DNA from: a virus
Lineage: Duplodnaviria > Heunggongvirae > Uroviricota > Caudoviricetes
Reading direction: 5' to 3' (one strand)
Length of the DNA stretch: 26,886 bases
IMG/VR virus record: IMGVR_UViG_3300037790_000024
The notes under the pieces are model-generated. The model saw nothing but the letters and a program-made list of their open reading frames with translations. It made no database searches and was not told where the DNA came from. Positions within the stretch are counted from its first letter, which is position 1. Each line of letters begins with the position of its first letter. Shown here piece by piece: positions 1-7,629 of the stretch. A program made the position numbers and the translations under genes.

Positions 1-156
1 CCTAGTGGTTCTGACTGTTCCCCTCATGCAGCTCCTATAGAAACAGGATCTACAACTGTCTTTGTTAATGGCAAAGGTTGTGGAAGAATAGGAGATTTGA
101 TAACGGGGTGTACTGCTGTTTCTGAAGGTTCCCCTAATGTATTCGCGGGTGGCTAA
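1..156 (+). CDS. PAAR-domain spike-tip protein, 3' end (5' truncated by window)
   Basis: Frame 1 reads PSGSDCSPHAAPIETGSTTVFVNGKGCGRIGDLITGCTAVSEGSPNVFAGG*. This has the PAAR/T4 gp5.4-type features CxPH, GSxTVFVNG, GRIGD and GSPNVFAG. Stop overlaps the next ATG (TAATG). Not in the ORF track. Confidence 0.88.
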   Translation, partial: PSGSDCSPHAAPIETGSTTVFVNGKGCGRIGDLITGCTAVSEGSPNVFAGG

Positions 157-518
157 TGAATGATTTAAAATTAACAAACGATCATGATCTCTTAATAGAG
201 GGGGGAGATCTTGTTCTTATCAACAGTGAAGCAGAAGTAGCTGTTCAAAGTTTAAAGATAAACCTCTTAATGTTTAGAGGAGAGTGGTTCTTAGATAGTA
301 GTTTAGGAGTTCCTTACTTCCAAGAAATCCTTGGTAAAGTAACAAACAAAACTCTTGTTGATAATATTATTAAAGGAATTTCTACTAATAGCTACAACAT
401 CTACAGAGTTACAAGTTTGAATTCTACTATCTCTGACGACAGGACTTATGAAGTGAATCTTCTAGAAGCCTTAACAGAGGATGGAGAGATCATCAGTGTA
501 ACAAACTTACAGATATAG
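156..518 (+). CDS. Baseplate wedge protein (gp25/gpW-like)
   Basis: 120 aa with GEWFLDxxLGVPYFQEILGK motif, located between PAAR and baseplate J. Confidence 0.75.
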   Translation: MNDLKLTNDHDLLIEGGDLVLINSEAEVAVQSLKINLLMFRGEWFLDSSLGVPYFQEILGKVTNKTLVDNIIKGISTNSYNIYRVTSLNSTISDDRTYEVNLLEALTEDGEIISVTNLQI

Positions 519-527
519 GGAGGGCAA

Positions 528-1970
528 ATGCCTTTTACAAATAAAGGGTATGAAGTAAGACGCTTCAGAGACATCCTAGAAGAGATTAGAAGTGGCTTAG
601 AAGCTGGTCTAGGCACTCCCATCTCTTCAGACCCAGATAATGTCTTAGGAATAACTAACTCTATCTTCACTAACGAAGTGGCTAGAGTTGAAAACAACAT
701 ACAAGCACTAGTTCAGAATATATCCATCTTCACAGCAGAAGGTAGGTTTTTAGATGAGCTGGTCAGATACTTAGGTATTACGAGAAGAGGTGCTCAGCCA
801 GCAAACGGTAGTTTGAAAGTTTGGAGGAACGGGCAAGGTACTATTCCCACCTCTGTTAGATTCTCAAACAGTTTTGGTAACGAGTTTATCATTACTGGAG
901 GACTTACTCACAGTCTAGACTCTTGCGCAGAAGTATCTCTTGGGGTAGGAACAGTTGCTGAAAATGATGTGTTCACACTTCAGGTTAATACTATAGAGTT
1001 TACTTATACAGCAGGAGCTTCTGACACTGCCACAGACGTAGTAGACTACTTTGTTACTCAAATTTTTAACCAATTGGGGTTGACAACAGAGAACAACAGT
1101 GATATACTAAAGATCGTAGGGGAGAATGAAGATTTAAACAGCCTATCTATTGTTATAGAAGAAGGTTTCACTATCTCCGAGATTGCTGTGTTTGGATTCT
1201 GTGAATCAGTTCAAACTGGTGAGTTGGTAGTTCCAGAGAACACAATAACAACAATTGTAACTAATAACCCAGCTTTACTTCGTTGCAACAATCCATTAGC
1301 TTTTGAAAATGGTACAGACGAAGAAACAGATGAGGAACTTAGAGCTAGACACCAAAGAAGTATTCAAGTTGGGGGTAATGCAACAGTACCTTCTATTGTA
1401 GCTAGACTTCTCCAGTTAGCTAACGTAACCCAAGCTTACATTATTGAGAACAGAACTCTCACTACAGATGGAGAGGGAAGACCTCCTAAAAGTTATGAAA
1501 CTTTTGTTGTAGGAGGAGACCCCACTGTAATAGGTCAAGCAATCTGGGATTCTAAACCAGCAGGTGTTGAAACCTATGGAGACATCTCTACTATTATCAC
1601 AGATAACGTTGGGGTGCAACACTCTGTTAATTGGAGCAGACCAGAGAATGTATACATCTTCCTGAGAATTACCTATAAGCTTTATGATGAAGAAGTTTTC
1701 CCTATAGAGGGTGAAGATGTAATTGCTCAAGCTGTTGTAGATTATGGGGAGGAGCTACCTATCGGTAAAGACGTAGTGCCTACAAGATTTATCGGAAGCA
1801 TTTACAATGCTGTAGACGGTGTAGACACTGTTTTAGTTGAAGTAGGTTTCTCTACAGATATTGGAGACACTTCTCCTCCTTTAGGATATGGAACAGACAC
1901 TATCCCTATTGCCCAATCACAGGTAGCTCAGTTTACTCTTTCAAGGGTTACTCTAGTTCAAGACATATAG
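528..1970 (+). CDS. Baseplate J-like wedge protein
   Basis: 480 aa with AEGRFLDELVRYLGITR, GTDEETDEELRARH and GGNATVPSI motifs. GGAGG-like RBS upstream. Confidence 0.9.
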   Translation: MPFTNKGYEVRRFRDILEEIRSGLEAGLGTPISSDPDNVLGITNSIFTNEVARVENNIQALVQNISIFTAEGRFLDELVRYLGITRRGAQPANGSLKVWRNGQGTIPTSVRFSNSFGNEFIITGGLTHSLDSCAEVSLGVGTVAENDVFTLQVNTIEFTYTAGASDTATDVVDYFVTQIFNQLGLTTENNSDILKIVGENEDLNSLSIVIEEGFTISEIAVFGFCESVQTGELVVPENTITTIVTNNPALLRCNNPLAFENGTDEETDEELRARHQRSIQVGGNATVPSIVARLLQLANVTQAYIIENRTLTTDGEGRPPKSYETFVVGGDPTVIGQAIWDSKPAGVETYGDISTIITDNVGVQHSVNWSRPENVYIFLRITYKLYDEEVFPIEGEDVIAQAVVDYGEELPIGKDVVPTRFIGSIYNAVDGVDTVLVEVGFSTDIGDTSPPLGYGTDTIPIAQSQVAQFTLSRVTLVQDI

Positions 1971-1980
1971 AGGAAATTAG

Positions 1981-2793
1981 ATGATCCCTGAGAATATAAG
2001 TTTAAGGGATGAGGCAGAAAGCCTTGTCCCTATCCAATTTTTTGAAAAAACAACATTTAGGTTGTTGTTAGACCAGTATATTTCCCAGTTGCAAACCAGC
2101 GGGGATCAGTTTTTCGACATATTAAACTCTTTAAATATAGATGATGCCACAGGATACCTCCTAGATTGTGTTGGGAGCTATGTCGCTGTTCTTAGAAGAG
2201 GGGACACAGACGAAGATTTTAGAGAGAGAATCAGAAGAAGGGTGTTATCAGCCACTTCGGAAGGTACTCCTAATGATCTGCTCTCTTTGCTCAAACAAGC
2301 AACTAAGGCCACTGAAGTTAGAATATGGGAACACTTTCCAGTTTCTTCTATTCTATCCACTGATGGACACTTGATCCCTAACACTATAGTAAGTTCCATG
2401 CAAGCAGCTTCTCCAGCTACTAGCGGAGATGTTGCTATTTATTTGGACTACTACAACTCTGGTTTCATTCCAGTGGAGTTGGGAAGTCAGGTATTAAAAT
2501 TAGCAGATTCTAATCTATCTCCTTTTGCTACTGATGCAGACGAGTTTATTACAGTAGAAGATAGAATCTACAACGCAGGAGAAACAGACACTTCTGGGTT
2601 ACTGTCTGAATTTACTGGAGGACTAGGAAGCGGATCAGAGGCTTTCACAAGAGATGAGTTAGGAGTTCTTGTTGAGCTAATGTCTGAACAGAGTGGAATA
2701 TCTAACTTCAACTATGACTATGTTGAGCTGGCTGATACAGTAAATGATTGGTATTTATTAATGAATTTTGAAGTGCCGCAGGAGTTTAGTTAA
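1981..2793 (+). CDS. Baseplate wedge protein (gpI-like, partner of J)
   Basis: 270 aa with IDDATGYLLDCVGSYV..R.GDTDEDFRERIR..SEGTPNDL motif, directly after baseplate J. Confidence 0.75.
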   Translation: MIPENISLRDEAESLVPIQFFEKTTFRLLLDQYISQLQTSGDQFFDILNSLNIDDATGYLLDCVGSYVAVLRRGDTDEDFRERIRRRVLSATSEGTPNDLLSLLKQATKATEVRIWEHFPVSSILSTDGHLIPNTIVSSMQAASPATSGDVAIYLDYYNSGFIPVELGSQVLKLADSNLSPFATDADEFITVEDRIYNAGETDTSGLLSEFTGGLGSGSEAFTRDELGVLVELMSEQSGISNFNYDYVELADTVNDWYLLMNFEVPQEFS

Positions 2794-4061
2794 TGGCAGA
2801 AGACTTACAAACAATATTTGCTGATTCAGTAGCTAAAGCTGAAGCAGCAAGTGATATTGCCTATCTATGGGCAAACGGGGATGAAACAACCGTCATCCAA
2901 ACAGATTCTGGAGAACTACCTTCTCTGGCTAAATTTCAATTTGATAATGTAGGTGCTGGATCTTTTTCTGAGTTTGAAGTAGACCTTAGCTCTGGTAATG
3001 CAGTCATTACCTCTCAAGACTGGGTGGAGAATAGCTTTTTCAAAGCTTCAGGACATTCTGTAGAGAGAACTGTTACTTTACCCCCAAACCCAAAACTAGC
3101 TTATTTTCAAAATGCTGGTTCAGCTCCTGTTACTTTAATATTAGGAACAACTGAAGTATTAGTAGCTCCTAACCTAACTTTTGTTGTGTATACGGACGGT
3201 ACTAGTAACGGACTCCTGAATGTAACTTCGCACACAAAAATAGACACTATAACTAATACAAACCCTACAGCTTCTGATGATGAGTCTGAGGGCTATGTGT
3301 ATGGCTCCACTTGGTATAACACCTCTTCTGGTTTGGTTTACTTTCTAGTAGACAACACAGAAGGTGCTGCAATATGGGTGGACATCACTGGAGAGAGTGC
3401 TTCTACTATCTTAACTAAGATTAAGACAGTTGATGGAGCAGGATCTGGTTTAGACGCTGATCTCCTAGATGGTATTGATTCTTCAGAGTTTTTACAAAAA
3501 TCTCAGAATGAAACCATTACCGGACTTCTAACTATCGGGAACAACTCTGGGGATGACTCTGTATTAGACTTCACAGATGTTGCTAATTCCACTTTTAGAT
3601 CAATCTTATGGGCTAATGCTGACGGAGAGTGGCAAGTAGAGGCAGCAGATGGACTTCTATACACCTTATGGCACTCAGGAAATGATGGTGCTGGCTCAGG
3701 TTTAGATGCAGATACAGTGGACGGACTCCAAGGCAGTGAGATAGTCAATCAGGATAGTGATACAGGCGCTGCAAGTCTACCAACAGGGGATATTAGCCAA
3801 AGACCTAATACTCCCGTAGAAGGTATGTTTAGGTATAACAACGAAACTACTTCTTTTGAAGGCTATAGCAATGGAGACTGGGCTGGTGTTGGGGGTGCAT
3901 CTGGTGGAGCTGATAATCCTTTTGTGTACGAGAATGATGCCACTGTGACAGCAGACTATGAGATCACCTCTGGTAAGAATGCTATGTCAGCGGGGCCAAT
4001 TACTATCGCTGATGGAGCTACAGTTACAATTCCAGATGGAAGTGTTTGGACAATTGTATAA
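2793..4061 (+). CDS. Tail fibre protein
   Basis: 422 aa, Gly/Thr/Asp-rich. Two DGAGSGLDADxxDG repeats, GMFRYNNETTSFEGY motif, and C-terminal YENDATVTADYEITSGKNAMSAGPITIADGATVTIPDGSVWTIV, which I recognise from marine phage fibres. Follows the baseplate genes. Confidence 0.85.
   Translation: MAEDLQTIFADSVAKAEAASDIAYLWANGDETTVIQTDSGELPSLAKFQFDNVGAGSFSEFEVDLSSGNAVITSQDWVENSFFKASGHSVERTVTLPPNPKLAYFQNAGSAPVTLILGTTEVLVAPNLTFVVYTDGTSNGLLNVTSHTKIDTITNTNPTASDDESEGYVYGSTWYNTSSGLVYFLVDNTEGAAIWVDITGESASTILTKIKTVDGAGSGLDADLLDGIDSSEFLQKSQNETITGLLTIGNNSGDDSVLDFTDVANSTFRSILWANADGEWQVEAADGLLYTLWHSGNDGAGSGLDADTVDGLQGSEIVNQDSDTGAASLPTGDISQRPNTPVEGMFRYNNETTSFEGYSNGDWAGVGGASGGADNPFVYENDATVTADYEITSGKNAMSAGPITIADGATVTIPDGSVWTIV
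3432..3725 (+). repeat. Two 14-codon DGAGSGLDADxxDG repeats in the tail fibre (3432-3473 and 3684-3725)
   Basis: DGAGSGLDADLLDG and DGAGSGLDADTVDG, with synonymous divergence at the DNA level. Confidence 0.85.
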
Positions 4062-4088
4062 AAATTTTTAATTTTAAAGGAGGCTATA

Positions 4089-4328
4089 ATGGCTCAAGTA
4101 ATTATTTTTCAAAATGATAATGGTGGTGTTTCGGTAGTAAGACCTGTTCCAGCAATTCTTAAAACTCGCACTATTCAGCAAGTAGCTGCTAAAGATGTAC
4201 CAGCAGGTAAGTCTTATAAAATCATTGATGAAGCAGACTTGCCTAGTCGTGACTTTCGTGATGCTTGGACAGTGGATGAAGCTGACCTGACAGACGGTGT
4301 AGGCAATACATCAAACAAGTGGGAGTAA
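4089..4328 (+). CDS. Small tail-fibre-associated protein (assembly/chaperone-like)
   Basis: 79 aa with AAGGAGG RBS. The AAKDVPAGKSYKIIDEADLPSRDFRDAW motif resembles small genes that follow fibres in aquatic phages. Confidence 0.6.
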   Translation: MAQVIIFQNDNGGVSVVRPVPAILKTRTIQQVAAKDVPAGKSYKIIDEADLPSRDFRDAWTVDEADLTDGVGNTSNKWE

Positions 4329-4331
4329 GTT

Positions 4332-4682
4332 ATGACCACTAGGTTACGCGGTTCAGATAACTTTGACACCGAAGTAGGTCAGAAGGGCGCGGCTAAGGCG
4401 TGGGTCAACTTTAACGGTACGGGTACGGTTGCTATACGGGATAGCTACAATGTGTCGTCAATCACTGACAACGGTACTGGCAAATACACGGTTAATTTTG
4501 AAACGGCTATGCCGGATGCTAATTATAGTTTTACAGCTACAGCGGGGCTTAATGGAGGGGCAAATACACTTGCCGCACAAACAGAATCTCCTACAGTTAA
4601 CGGTGTTACGTTTAACGTAAGAACAACGAGTAATACTGTTTTTGATGCTGATTATTGTAATGCAACCATCCACGGCAACTAA
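4332..4682 (+). CDS. Stand-alone fibre-tip-like beta domain, paralogue A (AWVNF family)
   Basis: 116 aa with AKAWVNFNGTGTVAIRDSYNVSSITDNGTGKYTVNFETAMPDANY. Clear paralogy with 5009 and 5378. Confidence 0.65.
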   Translation: MTTRLRGSDNFDTEVGQKGAAKAWVNFNGTGTVAIRDSYNVSSITDNGTGKYTVNFETAMPDANYSFTATAGLNGGANTLAAQTESPTVNGVTFNVRTTSNTVFDADYCNATIHGN

Positions 4683-4696
4683 AAGGAAACAAAACA

Positions 4697-5005
4697 ATGG
4701 CACTAATCAACTTAGACCAAACGAAAGTAACAAAACAATTAGAAGAAAAATTAACTAGACAAGTTCAAAAGCGTCTTGATAATTTCGCTCAATCAAAAGG
4801 CTATGACGATGCTTTTACCTGCATTACTTATGAAGGGGATGGTAATCCTACCTTTGCAGCAGAAGCAGCCACCATGAAGCAATTGCGTAGTGATACATGG
4901 ACACAGTGTAATCAAATCCTTGCTGATGTAAAACAAGGAAATAGAGAAGCTCCTTTAGATATTTCAGAGATCGAATCAGAACTTCCAGTGCTGTCTTGGG
5001 GGTAA
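4697..5005 (+). CDS. Tail fibre assembly/chaperone-like protein
   Basis: 102 aa with RLDNFAQSKGYDD..C.TY...FAAEA...R..TW..C..IL.DV..G.R...ELP.L.W pattern, typical of genes directly downstream of fibres. AAGGA RBS. Confidence 0.6.
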   Translation: MALINLDQTKVTKQLEEKLTRQVQKRLDNFAQSKGYDDAFTCITYEGDGNPTFAAEAATMKQLRSDTWTQCNQILADVKQGNREAPLDISEIESELPVLSWG

Positions 5006-5008
5006 TCC

Positions 5009-5368
5009 ATGAGCGAAGTAGTAGCAAACAAATGGAGCAACCCAGACGGCACAGAAAACTATAAGTGTCGAGCGTGGGTGAATTTTGACGCAAGTGGCAC
5101 CCCATTTATCCGTGGTAACGGGAATATTTCATCTATCACAGACGAAGGTACAGGAAGGTTTGTTGTGAATTTTGATACTGCCCTTCCCGACGCCAATTAC
5201 TCAGTGAGCATCATTGCTCAGGGTGGCGGTAATGGTGTCACGACGATGATTAATACTCAATCAAACGACCCTTCACCACTCACGGTAAACGGCTTTCCTC
5301 TAAGGCTGGTCACCACATCCGGTACACTACTTGACTCATCAACAGTCTGTGCGAACGTTTTCCGTTAA
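5009..5368 (+). CDS. Stand-alone fibre-tip-like beta domain, paralogue B
   Basis: 119 aa with CRAWVNFDASG..NISSITDEGTGRFVVNFDTALPDANY. Confidence 0.65.
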   Translation: MSEVVANKWSNPDGTENYKCRAWVNFDASGTPFIRGNGNISSITDEGTGRFVVNFDTALPDANYSVSIIAQGGGNGVTTMINTQSNDPSPLTVNGFPLRLVTTSGTLLDSSTVCANVFR

Positions 5369-5377
5369 GGAGCCACT

Positions 5378-5740
5378 ATGAGTAAAGTAAAAACAAATGA
5401 ATTAGCTAATGTAGCGGACACAGAGAGTGTTCCAATTGGTGATGTGATAAATGGCAGTGCTAGAGCATGGGTCAACTTTGATGGGACAGGTACTGTAGCA
5501 ATCCGTGATAGTTATAATGTGTCGTCTATTACAGATAACGGCACAGGGAACTATATAGTCAACTTTGATACGCCTATGCCCGATGCTAATTATGCTGTGA
5601 GCGCTTCTGGTGATTTTACCGGAGTAACAGCGACTGTAGGAAACTCAAAAACTACATCCGAAGTTAATATCAGGTACTACACATCTAACGGGTCAGCCAC
5701 AGACAGTCCGCAAATGTCGGCAGCTATACACGGCAACTAA
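5378..5740 (+). CDS. Stand-alone fibre-tip-like beta domain, paralogue C
   Basis: 120 aa with ARAWVNFDGTGTVAIRDSYNVSSITDNGTGNYIVNFDTPMPDANY. Ends in IHGN like paralogue A. AAGGAG RBS. Confidence 0.65.
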   Translation: MSKVKTNELANVADTESVPIGDVINGSARAWVNFDGTGTVAIRDSYNVSSITDNGTGNYIVNFDTPMPDANYAVSASGDFTGVTATVGNSKTTSEVNIRYYTSNGSATDSPQMSAAIHGN

Positions 5741-5752
5741 AGGAAAACAATT

Positions 5753-5776
5753 ATGGCACAAGTAATTAGGAAATAA
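5753..5776 (+). pseudogene. 7-codon relic MAQVIRK*, probable remnant of a copy of the 4089 gene
   Basis: ATGGCACAAGTAATTA matches the first 16 nt of the 4089 ORF (ATGGCTCAAGTAATTA) at 15/16. It is preceded by its own AAGGA RBS and ends 1 nt before the 5778 ATG. Confidence 0.55.
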
Positions 5777-5777
5777 T

Positions 5778-6416
5778 ATGAAACTAGAACTTTTAAAAGC
5801 GATACCAAGCTGGGTGTTCTGGGCTTTTGCAAGGCTATCTGCTGTAATCATAGGTTTTTTTGTTGTAGCTGTTACCCTTCCTTTTAGAACTGAAGAACCA
5901 GTTCCTGAGGGGGGCGAAAAGCCTTATCCAGAACGTAAAATTGTTCATCTTCCTAAGTGGGCATGGCTTTGGGATAATGATGCTGAAGGTATGATGTCAT
6001 GGATGGATGAATGGCCTGAAATGTGTTGGAACGGTAAACCCGACTCATTCCTATCTATGTGGCAATGGGCAGCATGGCGTAATCCCGCAAACAACATGCG
6101 ATTTGTTCGTGGTATTGCAGTGTACATCCCTGAAGCCCACAGCTTCCAGTTCTGGGGGGATGCTAACGTAGACGATAAAGACTGGGAAAATGGTAAGGGA
6201 TGGAACTTTCTGAAGTGCAAAGGGAAGTACCTGACTTACTATGGTTTCAACTGGGTTGGTGATAAATACTATGCTCAGATTGGACACAAGATTGAACCAA
6301 AGCATTTTGAAGAAGGTTATGTTGATAACGCACCAGAACGCAAACTTTGGAAAGGGATGACATTTAGACCTTTTCAGAAGCGTAGAGACAACAGCAAATA
6401 TGAAGTGAACCAGTAG
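5778..6416 (+). CDS. Trp-rich phage protein with N-terminal membrane segment, function unknown
   Basis: 212 aa with 16 Trp, hydrophobic WVFWAFARLSAVIIGFFVVAVTLPF, and WLWDND and WAAWRNPANN motifs. Confidence 0.6.
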   Translation: MKLELLKAIPSWVFWAFARLSAVIIGFFVVAVTLPFRTEEPVPEGGEKPYPERKIVHLPKWAWLWDNDAEGMMSWMDEWPEMCWNGKPDSFLSMWQWAAWRNPANNMRFVRGIAVYIPEAHSFQFWGDANVDDKDWENGKGWNFLKCKGKYLTYYGFNWVGDKYYAQIGHKIEPKHFEEGYVDNAPERKLWKGMTFRPFQKRRDNSKYEVNQ

Positions 6417-6425
6417 AGGAATACA

Positions 6426-6752
6426 ATGGAAGATCTGTTATTAAAAGCACTAATGGCTCTCCTAACCTTCACTTGTGTTCTCCTAGGTATGATGTACCGT
6501 AAGATGGATAGCAGGGTTGGTAAGCTAGAAGACAACCAGACAGTTATTATAACAGACCTCCCTACCAACTATGTCTCTAAGGCAGAGCATAGAAGAGCTA
6601 CGGATATTATTAGTGAGAACCAAACAGTATCTTATTCTAGGCTAGAGTCTGCCCAACTAAGAATGGAAGAAAATTTCAGGAGAGAGTTGGAAAAACAGGA
6701 TATTAAACTAGATAGGATCTATGAAGAGCTTAAGGGGAAGGTGGATAAATGA
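6426..6752 (+). CDS. Single-TM coiled-coil protein (holin/antiholin-like candidate)
   Basis: 108 aa with an N-terminal hydrophobic helix, LPTNYVSK motif and charged coiled-coil tail. GAGG RBS. ATGA overlap with the next gene. Confidence 0.55.
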   Translation: MEDLLLKALMALLTFTCVLLGMMYRKMDSRVGKLEDNQTVIITDLPTNYVSKAEHRRATDIISENQTVSYSRLESAQLRMEENFRRELEKQDIKLDRIYEELKGKVDK

Positions 6753-7156
6753 ACGTTCTAATAGTAGAAAACGACACCACCGCTGTAGAGAGGTTAAAAG
6801 AGTTTGTCGAGAAGTTTGGGTATATTCCTACTGTCTGCTATGACGGTAGGAATGTATTAAATAACTTTAAAGATTTTGATATTATTATCTTGGACTGGAC
6901 TTTACCAGATATTTCAGGTTTAGAGCTTATCAGAGAAATTAGAAAAACTCACCCAGACTACCCTCCTTACATCATTATGGTTACTTCTTGTGCTTCCTAT
7001 GAAGAACACCAAACTGCTCTAGAAACAGGGGCTAATAGCTTTCTATCAAAACCTATCATAGATGCAGTTAAACTGCAAGCTCATCTAGACTTTGCATGTA
7101 AATCTGTATTAAAATTACGAGAAGAACAAACATCCTCAAGGAGGGATAATGGCTAA
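6749..7156 (+). CDS. Stand-alone response-regulator receiver (REC, CheY-like) domain protein
   Basis: 135 aa with LIVEND (beta1 acidic pocket, Asn at the usual second Asp), IILD49WTLPDISG (phospho-acceptor), IIMVT79 and GANSFLSK101P. No output domain. Confidence 0.9.
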   Translation: MNVLIVENDTTAVERLKEFVEKFGYIPTVCYDGRNVLNNFKDFDIIILDWTLPDISGLELIREIRKTHPDYPPYIIMVTSCASYEEHQTALETGANSFLSKPIIDAVKLQAHLDFACKSVLKLREEQTSSRRDNG

Positions 7157-7619
7157 ACCAACAGTTCTGCCAAGGTGGGCAGAAGTAGACGAACAAGACC
7201 CTATAACAGGGGCAGAGAATAAAGTAGAACCGACAGAAGAGTTTAAACTGTCTGGTTTAAAAAGAGGGGAGTTTCTTGCCAGAGTTTTTGTAAACTATCA
7301 ATTTAATCTGATTGCAGAATGGCTTGAGTATTTAAGTGCTAAAAGCACTGAGTATGATCTAACTGGTGGCACTGAGATTGATCCAGACAACGGGAAATAC
7401 CAAACGCTGTCTCTTTCAGAAAATACCACCCTGACGGAGACTATGGTTGCTGGGGATGAAGTGTACTTGCTAGTAACAGCAAATGGGTTCACTCTTACCT
7501 ACCCAGCCTCTTTTGACTGGGGGGATGCAGGAGAACCTACCTTAACCACCTCAAACCTGATCAGAGCAATAAAGATTGGCTCTACTGTATATCCAACTTT
7601 AGAATGGTCTAACACCTAG
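7149..7619 (+). CDS. Short tail fibre / baseplate-anchor protein
   Basis: 156 aa. N-terminal MAKPTVLPRWAE..EP...K.SG...NYQFN.I.EWL.YL resembles the myovirus fibre anchor domain. C-terminal LTYPASFDWGDAGEPTLT motif. Confidence 0.6.
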   Translation: MAKPTVLPRWAEVDEQDPITGAENKVEPTEEFKLSGLKRGEFLARVFVNYQFNLIAEWLEYLSAKSTEYDLTGGTEIDPDNGKYQTLSLSENTTLTETMVAGDEVYLLVTANGFTLTYPASFDWGDAGEPTLTTSNLIRAIKIGSTVYPTLEWSNT

Positions 7620-7629
7620 GAGATAATAT

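Noticed and set aside
4059-4070. Perfect 12-bp palindrome TAAAAATTTTTA at the fibre/cassette junction
   Set aside because: It is pure A/T, too weak to be a terminator and likely by chance in an AT-rich spacer.
4332-5740. Diversity-generating retroelement (TR/VR) behind the tip paralogues
   Set aside because: Differences between copies are mainly synonymous and involve all four bases, not adenine-specific changes. All copies are intact genes with start codons, and no reverse transcriptase lies in the window.
4089-5776. Invertible shufflon of fibre tips
   Set aside because: All units are in the same orientation and each has its own start codon. No inverted crossover sites or recombinase were seen.
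6426-6752. TM protein as the cognate histidine kinase of the REC
   Set aside because: It has one His (KAEHRR) but no H-box context and no HATPase domain, and at 108 aa it is too short.
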